A stretch of 63,170 nucleotides of DNA, taken from a virus (Duplodnaviria > Caudoviricetes). Of the stretch, positions 47,597 to 56,872 are shown piece by piece. The DNA lies in the IMG/VR virus record IMGVR_UViG_3300035701_000027, positions 1-63,170 of that record; one strand, written 5' to 3'. Under the pieces are notes generated by a model. The model was not told the DNA's origin. It saw only the letters and a list, made by a program, of their open reading frames with translations, and ran no database searches. Each line of letters begins with the position of its first letter. The stretch's first letter is position 1. A program made the translations under genes and the position numbers.

Positions 47597-49816
47597 TTAA
47601 TGGACAGGGGGCGCCCCTTTTGGCTCTCCTGCTGGACGAGACACGCCTATGCGCTTCTCGATGCTCCTCGGAATCAGGTACCTGATCCTGCTCTTGTGGC
47701 CCTCGGCAAAAATCTTCTCGGCTCTGTTTAAAAAGTCTTCCTTTTTCCCGCCGAATTCAATCGCGCCATTCGCGTTTATCCTGACCCCGTAAGGAACCAA
47801 CGCCTTTGGCTTCCTGTTCAACCGCTTCGATTGAACCATCATCGAGATGATATTGCATAGGGCAAGGCAAAGACTGTGCCCTTCATTGTCCGGACGGTCA
47901 TTGTCGATTACCCAGGTTTCGAGTTGTAACTTAATCATACCCATGTCTTTCAGGATAACGATCCGGTTCTCTTCGAACATCTTGTTGAGCTGAAGGATGG
48001 CGCCGTTCAGGTCAAAAAAGAAATTCGGCTGTATGGCAATCATGTGTTTATTTTGCCATGCCAGATAGGGGCCGTCCTTGATGTTGTTGAATTCGAGTGC
48101 GGCGTCCGTCAATCCGAACATCGCCCTGTTGCCGAACCATGTGAATTGTCGGGGCTTTATCTCGGTATGGTACTGCCGGTTATACATCGTACAGATGGAG
48201 GTGATGGCGGCAACGATCTCGTCGGGGCCCTCCATCCTGGTGACGCCCTCGTAAAAGAGGGTAAGGCGTCCATCTTCCTTGTCCCAAAGGGCGGAGAGGC
48301 AGGATTGCTTCATGTCCCTTTCGTGCCATATACTCCCGTAAAATTCTGCGCGTTTGTAATTCCGGTAATCAAACCGGACGGGGGCATCGACGAAAACATT
48401 GTCCCGCATCTGGATTAGCTTCGGAAGTATCTTCGCCTTTTCCTGGCTGTTGGCGCAACACAGCACGACGGAATCGGCGCGATCGGGGCTCCTGTGCACG
48501 CGCTTTTTGAAGTCGTCCTTCGACTCTGCCCTCTGTCGGCTTCTGTTGTCGAGGCTTGGATTCCAATTACGTCCGCTTAACTCTTCGAGAAGGAGATCGT
48601 CCCTTGGTAATTCGAGCTTCCCGATCATGCTTTTCAATTCGGCCCACATCACGGACGCGGAGTTTGTGTAATGTTCGTTCCCCGCCTCTCCGAACAGGCA
48701 ACGAACCACCTCTATCCCGTCCGTCCGATTACGCAAGAGCTGATCGCTCACGCCGCCGCCCATCGTGGAATCGTCGATCTTTATCCTGATCGCTCTGGAA
48801 AACTTATGCGTCCTGCGGATTTCGCGGACGAGGACGATGATGAGATCGTGTACCTGCACGGTGTCCATTTTCTTATATACTTTACAGGGAAACACCTTGT
48901 ATCCATAACGATAGGTAAGCACGGTAGAGTCGTCTCCGAAACGGGCGATGTCCGCGCCTATCTCAATGTCGCCTTCTTCTGCGGCCGTCCTGTTCATGGC
49001 GTCCCATACCTCTGAGTACGAGAGAATCGCCTGCGGGTTGCCGGAGGGGAATTCTCCGAACACACTGACCCTGGTGATATCGTGATCTATGCCATGGATG
49101 GCAATGGTTCTTTGCGCTCCGGAATCGTTCTTGATCTCTTCGGCGGTCGGTTTGAAATGAAGCCGGCGCCAGTATTTCCCCCACTCCGCGAGCATCTGCG
49201 TCTTGTGGAAATATCCCGTTACCTTCGTCGGGTTGCTGATCAGGATGGTCTTGATTTCCTTTTTGTTGACGTTGTTCACCTGTGTCTGCTCGATTGTCTC
49301 CAGGATTTCATCGGGGATACCGGAGGCCTCTTCGCCAATCATCATCTGATAGTTTTCGTGGTAGCCGGAGACGTTCTCCTTTGTCTTCGCTGTACGCGCC
49401 ACGGCGAACCATGTATCGGGAAAATAAGCGTTCTCAACCTTTTCCTTGCTCCAGATCAGGAGTTCGCGGAGAGGGCTGAATTGAAGCCACTTGTTGATCT
49501 CCGACCATAAAACGTCATGGAGCAGATCGATTTTCGGGGCCGTGGCTATGACCCTGGACATGGGCCTTGTTGCCAGATACCAGGGCACCAGGAGGGCGAC
49601 ACCGGCCGTCTTCCCCCTGCCCCTGCCGGAACGCACGCTTATCCATTCGCTTTCGGCGACTGCTTGAAACAGGTCTTTTTCGTGTCGGTTAAGGGTGGGT
49701 CTCGGGGAGATCGGGTAATATCTGAATATCAAATCCTCGACGAATTCGATGGGATGATCGATATAGGGCGCCAGAAGCCTCGGATCAATGGGAGGATTCT
49801 GTTGCTGAATCGGCAC
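47597..49816 (-). CDS. terL: Terminase large subunit with long C-terminal extension
   Basis: Walker A SGRGRGKT; Walker B-like IGEEASG; SNP; nuclease GADIARFGDD and SPDRADS. Confidence 0.92.
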   Translation of the reverse strand: MPIQQQNPPIDPRLLAPYIDHPIEFVEDLIFRYYPISPRPTLNRHEKDLFQAVAESEWISVRSGRGRGKTAGVALLVPWYLATRPMSRVIATAPKIDLLHDVLWSEINKWLQFSPLRELLIWSKEKVENAYFPDTWFAVARTAKTKENVSGYHENYQMMIGEEASGIPDEILETIEQTQVNNVNKKEIKTILISNPTKVTGYFHKTQMLAEWGKYWRRLHFKPTAEEIKNDSGAQRTIAIHGIDHDITRVSVFGEFPSGNPQAILSYSEVWDAMNRTAAEEGDIEIGADIARFGDDSTVLTYRYGYKVFPCKVYKKMDTVQVHDLIIVLVREIRRTHKFSRAIRIKIDDSTMGGGVSDQLLRNRTDGIEVVRCLFGEAGNEHYTNSASVMWAELKSMIGKLELPRDDLLLEELSGRNWNPSLDNRSRQRAESKDDFKKRVHRSPDRADSVVLCCANSQEKAKILPKLIQMRDNVFVDAPVRFDYRNYKRAEFYGSIWHERDMKQSCLSALWDKEDGRLTLFYEGVTRMEGPDEIVAAITSICTMYNRQYHTEIKPRQFTWFGNRAMFGLTDAALEFNNIKDGPYLAWQNKHMIAIQPNFFFDLNGAILQLNKMFEENRIVILKDMGMIKLQLETWVIDNDRPDNEGHSLCLALCNIISMMVQSKRLNRKPKALVPYGVRINANGAIEFGGKKEDFLNRAEKIFAEGHKSRIRYLIPRSIEKRIGVSRPAGEPKGAPPVH

Positions 49817-50474
49817 TTCTTCCTCCCCTTTGTGTTCCCTCGACCTCTATCATCCCATCGGTCAGGAGCGGGAGCGCTTTTCTTTCTTCGTGGGCGCGAT
49901 GCAGGGCTTCGAGAAGGCTCGTCCCTGCTCCCTCTTCCGGATTGCCCTCCCCAGGATCGACATCGATGGCGCTCCTCGCGCGCCTCACCATGCCGAGCCC
50001 CTGCATCATCAGGCGGATTCCTTCAACCTTGTCGTGCAGGATGAGCTTCACTCCGGCCTTCGTCTTCTCGATTCCCTTGATGGCCTTCGAGCTCTTCAGA
50101 TCTTTGGATGCGGTCAGCGTAATCCTGTTTCCCTTCGTCCACTTTACGAAGTCCCTGATGTCGGAGCACATCACGGATTTCAACTCTTCAAGGGTCGTTT
50201 TTACGAGGGCCTCATTTTCCTGCCGGCGCCTCTCCAGGTGAGCGTCGATGGCCTTCTGGAAATTTTCCATCCCCATCCATTTTCGGGCAGTGGAGTAGGA
50301 TGTTCCAGTAATCCTGCACGCACGGCGGGGATTGAAATCGACGAGATATTCCTGGAGAAACTGCTTCTGCTTGTCGTAGATCCCGAATTCGTTTTCGCGC
50401 CTGAAGGTGCCCTGCTCGACGTAGGGCTTCTCGGGGGGCAATTCGTTGGGGTTTGCGGTGTGCTCTTCCATCAC
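49785..50474 (-). CDS. terS: Terminase small subunit
   Basis: KQKQFLQEYLVDFN HTH; SDIRDFVKW..KLILHDK pattern; upstream of TerL. Confidence 0.85.
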   Translation of the reverse strand: MMEEHTANPNELPPEKPYVEQGTFRRENEFGIYDKQKQFLQEYLVDFNPRRACRITGTSYSTARKWMGMENFQKAIDAHLERRRQENEALVKTTLEELKSVMCSDIRDFVKWTKGNRITLTASKDLKSSKAIKGIEKTKAGVKLILHDKVEGIRLMMQGLGMVRRARSAIDVDPGEGNPEEGAGTSLLEALHRAHEERKALPLLTDGMIEVEGTQRGGRSADSATESSH

Positions 50475-50821
50475 CCTCCCTTAATCGTGGGCTTCATCAC
50501 GAATTCCTCGTACACGGCGTCCCATCCAGGAAACGGGGGCCAGCCGCGATCGTCGAGATAAACATCGGCGTATATCTTCGGAACGGCGAAACCCTTTGCG
50601 TCTATGAGGTTGGCGTTCACGGCGTTCGGGTGGAAGTCGTGCTCGTTCAGCCATGAAATCATCGCCACAAGATCGTAATGGCAACGGCACGTCCAGACGA
50701 TGATCTTGTGCCCCTTCTCCTGGAGCGCCCTCATCACCTTGATGGCGTCCTTCTGCTCTTCTCCCATCTTCGGGAAGCGATCGACTACAATCGTCCCGTC
50801 AAAATCAACGGCGAAAATCAT
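50471..50821 (-). CDS. Minimal HAD-superfamily phosphatase
   Basis: IFAVDFDGTIV, WTCR, KIYADVYLDDR. Confidence 0.85.
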   Translation of the reverse strand: MIFAVDFDGTIVVDRFPKMGEEQKDAIKVMRALQEKGHKIIVWTCRCHYDLVAMISWLNEHDFHPNAVNANLIDAKGFAVPKIYADVYLDDRGWPPFPGWDAVYEEFVMKPTIKGG

Positions 50822-50829
50822 ATTTCCCC

Positions 50830-51501
50830 CTAAAAAGGATATTTGTTTTCAGACCGAATCTGGCAATACTTATTTTTTATTTCCGACCACTCCTTCGGGC
50901 GCTTGTTCGTATAATGGTCGAAGCATATCTCGATCCCCCTGTCGTCCTTGATGATGGGAATGTCCTTGTTGTTCGCCCAACTGGAGCGCGCTACGAGGCC
51001 GGTGTCGATCCGGCCAGGGTAGTGCTCCCCCATACGGTATAATCTACAATGTTGGTACTGAAACTGCAAGTCCAGATACATCTTGAACACCCTGTTCCTC
51101 GGCTGGTGTGCGATGTTTCCGTTGACCCTGTGAAGACGCTCGACCACGCGGTAAACATTTTCGGTCAGAGAGGGAAGCGTAAACTTCGGCAACACTTCGT
51201 CGGCGTCGTTTATCCAGAAATATTCACTTGGGGGGACGCGCTCGATGCAGGCGTTACGCTTTTCCATCTCATTGAGCCATCCAAATTTCGCGGCACAAAT
51301 ATAGATGTCGGCGTACTTTTTCGCAACGTCCGCGCACCCGTTTTTTGAATATGATTTATTCAGCGGATACCCTTCGACATTAAGCCATTCCCTGAATGCC
51401 CCGTCCGCGCAGATGATTTTAAATCCGTTGTCCTTGATGGCCCCCAGGGAGGCTTCAAGCAACTCCGGAGGATCATCGTAAAATATCACCGTGGCCCACA
51501 T
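50830..51501 (-). CDS. GT-A fold glycosyltransferase
   Basis: ICADG, EMEKRN, WINDADE (DxD). Confidence 0.75.
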   Translation of the reverse strand: MWATVIFYDDPPELLEASLGAIKDNGFKIICADGAFREWLNVEGYPLNKSYSKNGCADVAKKYADIYICAAKFGWLNEMEKRNACIERVPPSEYFWINDADEVLPKFTLPSLTENVYRVVERLHRVNGNIAHQPRNRVFKMYLDLQFQYQHCRLYRMGEHYPGRIDTGLVARSSWANNKDIPIIKDDRGIEICFDHYTNKRPKEWSEIKNKYCQIRSENKYPF

Positions 51502-52313
51502 GGCGAGACCTCCTGAGCATACCCCTCCCAGGCTATTACGAGGGGATGGTTTTGCATGGACTCAGGAAGCTCCTCTCTTTTGATGGCCTTGAATTTCCCG
51601 AGGTTTTTTTCATGGCCAACGATCGGGAGAAGGCCCTCCGACCCTGGCAACCTGTTCCATTTTTGCCTTACCCATAATGATAGATCGACGGTTTTCTCAC
51701 GTTCAATTTCGTTGGATCTCCGGAGTTTTGTTATCACATCAGACAAAGATTTCCTTACATAGCACAGGTGATGGAAGTGAACTCCAGGCATCAACCTTCT
51801 TGTTCCCGCCAAATGACATCGGATTCCAGAGTACGGTACGTTCCCTCTGACAAATGCAACAGGTTGGCATTTGTCATACTCAACCGTTTGATACAGAGGG
51901 GATTTGACGTGGGTGTATATGGCGCTTGCGAATGAAAGCGTTTTAACATCGGCAGACAGGTAGGCAAAAGCGTTCTGGATCTGGGTAATATCCCATACTT
52001 CGTCGGTGTCGATCATCATCTTATAGTCGTGGGGTATTCCCCCGCACGCATCCCACGCCAAAAGATACTGCTTGGCCTGATCTCCGGTATCGTCAGGGAT
52101 GTTTATTATCTTATCCAGGGCGTCATTCTTTTTTTTCCATTCAAGTATCAGGGGCTCGACCGTGTTATCCCCGCTCTCTCCGATCCAACTCTTGTTTGAG
52201 TGGATAAAAATCATCTTATACATGAACGGATATATGCTTTCGAGTGAGGCGATGGCGAATTCGTGGCCCCGAAATGTCTTGGTTACGGAGACGACCTTGG
52301 CGCTTATCATCAT
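51486..52313 (-). CDS. GT-A fold glycosyltransferase
   Basis: SLESIYPF, SGDNT, MIDTDEVW (DxD), FHHLCYVR. Confidence 0.75.
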   Translation of the reverse strand: MMISAKVVSVTKTFRGHEFAIASLESIYPFMYKMIFIHSNKSWIGESGDNTVEPLILEWKKKNDALDKIINIPDDTGDQAKQYLLAWDACGGIPHDYKMMIDTDEVWDITQIQNAFAYLSADVKTLSFASAIYTHVKSPLYQTVEYDKCQPVAFVRGNVPYSGIRCHLAGTRRLMPGVHFHHLCYVRKSLSDVITKLRRSNEIEREKTVDLSLWVRQKWNRLPGSEGLLPIVGHEKNLGKFKAIKREELPESMQNHPLVIAWEGYAQEVSPCGPR

Positions 52314-53308
52314 ACATGCCCCGCCGTAGCGTTCACGGGGTTTTGATCGTGGAGAAATCCAGGGGTCTGCTCGATCTCTGTTGCGATGGCACATAAATCA
52401 TTCCCGTCAAACCCATTGGTGTAGGTCTGATTGAACCCTCCGCAATGAACAAAGTGCGTACAGTTACAACATGGTTTCCCCTTTATGGCGACGGCCCCGC
52501 CAATTTCGTTGACTGCGGCATTCCACAGTTTTGCATCCTCGTCTCCAGAGTGCCCATAATCCCATTCGTTAGGATCGTAGAGGACATATCGTGCATTCAC
52601 CACGTATTTTCGCAAATAGGGATCGAGATGGCACATAGGATGGTATCGCAACGTGGCGTACCGTCCGGCGGAAACTATCGCTCGCAGACAATACTCCAGG
52701 TTTGGCCGCAGATCCATGGATCGCACAGCGACCTCCTTCAGTCGGTTTCCCCATTCGTAGTGGGGCAGGAACCCAAGGAGAACGATATGGTAGGCGCCCT
52801 TTCGGATGATGTAGTCGATGGTCTCGCAGAGCTGTCCGGCGTTTTCTTTCTGGAGAGTAGTATTTGAACGCCAGGGGAGCTTATTGCTTTCCAGCCAATC
52901 CAACGTCTGTGCCTGCCGTTTTGCCGCCCATTCCTTTTCCGCAATCCGATTCAACGTATCGCCCATCCCATGAACGCTGACATGAAGATGATTGAGGCCG
53001 GCAAGGTACATATCATAATAGGTCTTGATGCCGATGGTGCCGTTCGTAATAATACTTGTCTTTATGTCGATCGTCTTACACTCTTTGATGAAATCGATGG
53101 TGTGGGGCCACAGCGCGGTCTCGCCCCATCCGACAAGAACGGCATGGTCACAGCCACGCCTCTTCGCTTCCGTAACCTCGCGCATAGCGTCGAAGAGGGA
53201 CTTGTCCTCGGGGGTATTAAACCAATCCTTGTGCCGGTAAAAGCAGGTTTTACAGCGCCAGTTACACCGCTTTGTCACATCGATACCGACACGCAAGCAA
53301 CGCTTCAT
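52310..53308 (-). CDS. Radical SAM enzyme with C-terminal SPASM/twitch-like Cys cluster
   Basis: CNWRCKTC (CxxxCxxC); C-terminal CCNCTHFVHCGG. Confidence 0.9.
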   Translation of the reverse strand: MKRCLRVGIDVTKRCNWRCKTCFYRHKDWFNTPEDKSLFDAMREVTEAKRRGCDHAVLVGWGETALWPHTIDFIKECKTIDIKTSIITNGTIGIKTYYDMYLAGLNHLHVSVHGMGDTLNRIAEKEWAAKRQAQTLDWLESNKLPWRSNTTLQKENAGQLCETIDYIIRKGAYHIVLLGFLPHYEWGNRLKEVAVRSMDLRPNLEYCLRAIVSAGRYATLRYHPMCHLDPYLRKYVVNARYVLYDPNEWDYGHSGDEDAKLWNAAVNEIGGAVAIKGKPCCNCTHFVHCGGFNQTYTNGFDGNDLCAIATEIEQTPGFLHDQNPVNATAGHV

Positions 53309-53922
53309 TGATGCCTCTTGTAGATGTCGTTTATTCCTACCGAGATTATTTTTTCGTACCCCCTCGACAGCATCAGCTCTCCTATATCATTTTGCCCGTA
53401 ATTGTTTTCTATGTCGAATATTGATATATCAAATCTCCCGAAAGGAAATGCCCTCAAAATCCTATGTTCTGCGCCCTCGACATCAATTGTCATGTAGTCG
53501 ATATGATTTAATCCCGCGATGTCCAGGGCCGCTTCCAGTTTCAAACATTGTACGAGTATCACTTCGATGTCTTCTTTCGCGTGCGCGGATCGGATCCTTT
53601 CAAGATGTTTTTTGTGCATATCCTCCGATAGTCCGCTCCAGCCTGTGACCTTATTGCATATCGTAAAATGTTGAAGTCCGAAATGATCGCTAATTGCCGC
53701 ATTAAAGCACGCACAGTTACGATTCGTTCGGAGCTTTTTAAATTCGCTTGGATTTGGCTCGATACACAGTCCTGTCCACCCGAGCTCTTTCTCAAAAAAA
53801 AGACTGTTGCTTGTCAGGAGTCCGTCGATGGCGCCGAATTCGACGAATACGCCACCGCGCATACCCTTAAAAATGTTCTCATTGAGCCACTTGTCCTGGC
53901 CGTGCTCCGAATTGTACGTCAT
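53305..53922 (-). CDS. FkbM family SAM methyltransferase
   Basis: SEHGQD, FVEFGAIDG..SNS, GWTGLCIEPN, IDVEGAE. Confidence 0.92.
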   Translation of the reverse strand: MTYNSEHGQDKWLNENIFKGMRGGVFVEFGAIDGLLTSNSLFFEKELGWTGLCIEPNPSEFKKLRTNRNCACFNAAISDHFGLQHFTICNKVTGWSGLSEDMHKKHLERIRSAHAKEDIEVILVQCLKLEAALDIAGLNHIDYMTIDVEGAEHRILRAFPFGRFDISIFDIENNYGQNDIGELMLSRGYEKIISVGINDIYKRHQ

Positions 53923-54587
53923 ATCTTTTCCTTATTTTCGTAGGCGGTCTGTTTTCCTATGTGCTCGACATAATCCTCTGCGGTGCATGCCCTTTCGTAC
54001 TTTGACGCATACCTCAATCCGTACATTCTTTCAAAATACGGGGCGATCTCAAATGGCCCCACCTCCCGGATCGCCCCCGTTCTATTGAGGCCCGGATTTA
54101 GGCTGAACGCAGGATGAATCCCTTTTCCGTACACGCAGTATTTAACTATTTGGTATTTTAAAACGCGGGGCGCGCCATCTTCGATGGTATAGTTTTCGAT
54201 CCCTTCGTGCACGTCCCCCTGTGGGCAAAGCAATACCTGTCCTATTCGTTGATTTTCCGACATTATCCTAAGCCCGTCGGTGATGTAAAAACCGTCTTTC
54301 TTGAACCACCAATCATCTTCGCATTGGAAGAAAAAATCAGTCTTGATGTTAGGATAAAGATTATTTAAGTTAAACGAATGTCCCTTTTGGGGGCTTCGAA
54401 AGACATTGAATCCGTACCTCTTCATCTCCCCGATGTCGTCTTCGCCGCTTCCATCATCTCCGCACAACCATTCGGAGACAAGGTTTAGGTCAAGACAATG
54501 GCGCATGAAAGAGGCCATCGTCTGACGGAAATACTGGATCCGGTTACAGGTCGTGATGACAAAAGTGACGGATTGCTCTACGGCCAT
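53919..54587 (-). CDS. GT2-like glycosyltransferase
   Basis: ITTCNR, DDGS, CEDDW, FSLNP, HIG. Confidence 0.85.
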   Translation of the reverse strand: MAVEQSVTFVITTCNRIQYFRQTMASFMRHCLDLNLVSEWLCGDDGSGEDDIGEMKRYGFNVFRSPQKGHSFNLNNLYPNIKTDFFFQCEDDWWFKKDGFYITDGLRIMSENQRIGQVLLCPQGDVHEGIENYTIEDGAPRVLKYQIVKYCVYGKGIHPAFSLNPGLNRTGAIREVGPFEIAPYFERMYGLRYASKYERACTAEDYVEHIGKQTAYENKEKI

Positions 54588-55180
54588 TTTATTTTACCGC
54601 TCATCAGGTCGTTGAAAATTGCACTATTCGTATTCCACGCCGCCATCTGCCCTTTTTTTTCATTGAGATGGACGAGTTTAACGGAGTTATTTGTGACGTA
54701 CTTCCCATTCGGATACTTTCGATTGAGGCACTCGCAGAACCAAGTGTCCTCAAAGCCTGACGATACAAACCCCTCGTAGAACCTCGTTCCGTCGTTCCTG
54801 AAGGCCACGCACGCGGTCGGCAACTTCTTGTTCTTGGCCTCGTCGAGCGGTTTTGAAACGTCGAAGCTCTCCCCCATGGTATAGGCAAGTTTCCCGTCAG
54901 GCCTATAGAGTCTCGCGGAGACCATGATGATATCCGGATCGGAGAGCGGCTCAATCAGAAGATCCGCCCAATTTTCATGGAAACCACGCACGTCATCATC
55001 GACCATGATGACGATCTCCGACTTCGCTATGTCGAGGCCGGCGTTCCTATTCTTCGCCGCGCATTGGGGAAGACAGATCGCCAGGACGTTGAATCGACCG
55101 TAGGTATAGCCCTCCATGTCGCACACCATCGGCGCGATCTCAAGAGGACTTTTGCAGGATGGGATGATTATATCTGTCAC
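54578..55180 (-). CDS. GT2-like glycosyltransferase
   Basis: DIIIPS, NRNAGL, MVDDD, GFEDTWF. Confidence 0.85.
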   Translation of the reverse strand: MTDIIIPSCKSPLEIAPMVCDMEGYTYGRFNVLAICLPQCAAKNRNAGLDIAKSEIVIMVDDDVRGFHENWADLLIEPLSDPDIIMVSARLYRPDGKLAYTMGESFDVSKPLDEAKNKKLPTACVAFRNDGTRFYEGFVSSGFEDTWFCECLNRKYPNGKYVTNNSVKLVHLNEKKGQMAAWNTNSAIFNDLMSGKIKWP

Positions 55181-55419
55181 GTATCCGCCTTGGCTTTTAT
55201 TCCGTTCTTTTTGCGGCACTCATCCTGATTCGGAGCCACACCCGTAGCATCAGTGCTGATTAAGTGCTTATAGCAGTCCCGGCATTCCATGCCGTTCCTC
55301 GGCTTCTGCCAGATCACGCATTGGATGATTGGTGACTTCATGGCGATCTCATCAGCGGCCTTCTGCCTTTCTTCGATAAGCTCCTCTCTCGTCTTCCGTC
55401 TTTCTGCTACCTGTTCCAC
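55177..55419 (-). CDS. Small Cys-containing hypothetical protein
   Basis: SD GGGAGG before GTG. Confidence 0.5.
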   Translation of the reverse strand: MEQVAERRKTREELIEERQKAADEIAMKSPIIQCVIWQKPRNGMECRDCYKHLISTDATGVAPNQDECRKKNGIKAKADT

Positions 55420-55436
55420 AATGCCTCCCTTGCTAC

Positions 55437-55757
55437 TTATTGGACGTGCGTTCCCTCGACTTTTCTCGATTCCCGATCGGCGGTTCTCTTGTGAAGCCAC
55501 ATTAGGGCCTCATCGAGCTTTGTGATCGCCATGGCGTTCTCGCGGCATTTGAATTTCGTCGAATTGTAATATTCGATCCTCTGTTTCGCGGCGGCGATAA
55601 CGGTTTCGACGAAGGCGCCATTAGGATCTTTGCGATCCGCATCGCGACCGAGAGGGCCGTCCTGCCATTCAATTATCATGCCGATACCCGTAACCTTCCC
55701 GCCGGTCGGATTCCCGTTCTTGTCTTGATTGTTCACGGCATCAAATCGATCCAACAT
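55437..55757 (-). CDS. tad1: Tad1-like anti-Thoeris/anti-CBASS signalling-molecule sponge
   Basis: IEWQDGP..NG..R..F.CRENAMAITKLDEALMWL..R..DR..R.VEGT matches the Tad1 C-terminal signature as I recall it; SD AAGGAGG. Confidence 0.8.
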   Translation of the reverse strand: MLDRFDAVNNQDKNGNPTGGKVTGIGMIIEWQDGPLGRDADRKDPNGAFVETVIAAAKQRIEYYNSTKFKCRENAMAITKLDEALMWLHKRTADRESRKVEGTHVQ

Positions 55758-55770
55758 CTGCCCCTCCTTT

Positions 55771-56166
55771 TTATTTGTTGTGCCAAAATGCGGGGCCGCC
55801 AAAATGGGACACGGCCTCGTAATATGCGTATGCGAGATTTAATCTTCGGCGCAGAAGAAAAGTCTTTGCCGCCCATGTCGTCGTCCGCGCCCGAATCAAA
55901 CGTACAAGGTTATTCAGAAAACTTCTATCTGCGGAATCCTTTTCCTGAATGGTGTGACCATCGGCGTACTGTACGTCATGTATCCGGCAGGCTTCGGACA
56001 CATCACATCCGAGGATGGAGTCAGGAACGAGGTCTATTTTCCATCCCTGGGGGCCACAACCGTTGCTCGCGGCTCCTATGGCTTTCCAGCTTTGATTCCA
56101 GGGCGGAGGACAAAACAGGGCGATGCCGTCTTTTGTATGGATGTAGGTCTGCGTGGGAACCTGCAT
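55771..56166 (-). CDS. Phospholipase A2-like protein
   Basis: NGCGP..CRIHDVQY..K..AD..FL.NL..YYEAV (His-Asp dyad). Confidence 0.6.
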   Translation of the reverse strand: MQVPTQTYIHTKDGIALFCPPPWNQSWKAIGAASNGCGPQGWKIDLVPDSILGCDVSEACRIHDVQYADGHTIQEKDSADRSFLNNLVRLIRARTTTWAAKTFLLRRRLNLAYAYYEAVSHFGGPAFWHNK

Positions 56167-56177
56167 TTTTTCTCCTT

Positions 56178-56477
56178 TTAAAAATCCTTGTATTTTTTCC
56201 ATGCCGCAAGCATGCCCTTTGACGCCATGAATCGCTCGGCCTCACCCATGTCCAGCCTTCCCTTATCCTCCCACACCTTAGCCATCTGCCAAGCCTGCGC
56301 CAAATCTTCCCGTATCGCCGGAAGGCGCTTGTTACAGGCCTCACAAACCTCTCTTTGCGCGGCCGCATTGTCTTTTATCGCCTTGGTTATATTTCCAAGC
56401 GCGAACCAAAGACCGACCGAAGCCAGTGCATACACGGCGGAAGAAATAAAAAAAAGATAAAGGCTTTTTCCATTCAT
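56178..56477 (-). CDS. Membrane-anchored hypothetical protein
   Basis: N-terminal TM helix. Confidence 0.55.
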   Translation of the reverse strand: MNGKSLYLFFISSAVYALASVGLWFALGNITKAIKDNAAAQREVCEACNKRLPAIREDLAQAWQMAKVWEDKGRLDMGEAERFMASKGMLAAWKKYKDF

Positions 56478-56497
56478 GTTAATAATCTTCCATCATC

Positions 56498-56872
56498 CTA
56501 TCCATCGAATAGGCACCCCTGGCACTCGTCGGCATAGCACTTCCGCATCTGGCTGATGGTGTACGAGAGCGAATCCCTGCGCTCCGTCAGGTGAGCGAGC
56601 GTGCTCGTAAGATCCGCGAAACTTTCCGCCCAAAAATAACCCTCTTCCGTGCTCCCGATGGGATGGCCTTCGCGCCGACAAAATTTGACGAGGGCGCGGA
56701 GGGCGGGGGATTTAATGTCGAGAAATTCGCACAAACCAATATCTAATTTCGCGTTTTTCAATCCCCTGCAATTCGCCTGAATATGCCGGATAAATAAATC
56801 GTACTTTTCCCTGAATAACTTGGACGCCCTAAAGGCATCCTGCTCTTCCGTGAATCTCTCGAAGCCCGTCAT
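56498..56872 (-). CDS. Winged-HTH-like protein
   Basis: LRALVKFCRREGHPIGS..GYFW pattern. Confidence 0.6.
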   Translation of the reverse strand: MTGFERFTEEQDAFRASKLFREKYDLFIRHIQANCRGLKNAKLDIGLCEFLDIKSPALRALVKFCRREGHPIGSTEEGYFWAESFADLTSTLAHLTERRDSLSYTISQMRKCYADECQGCLFDG

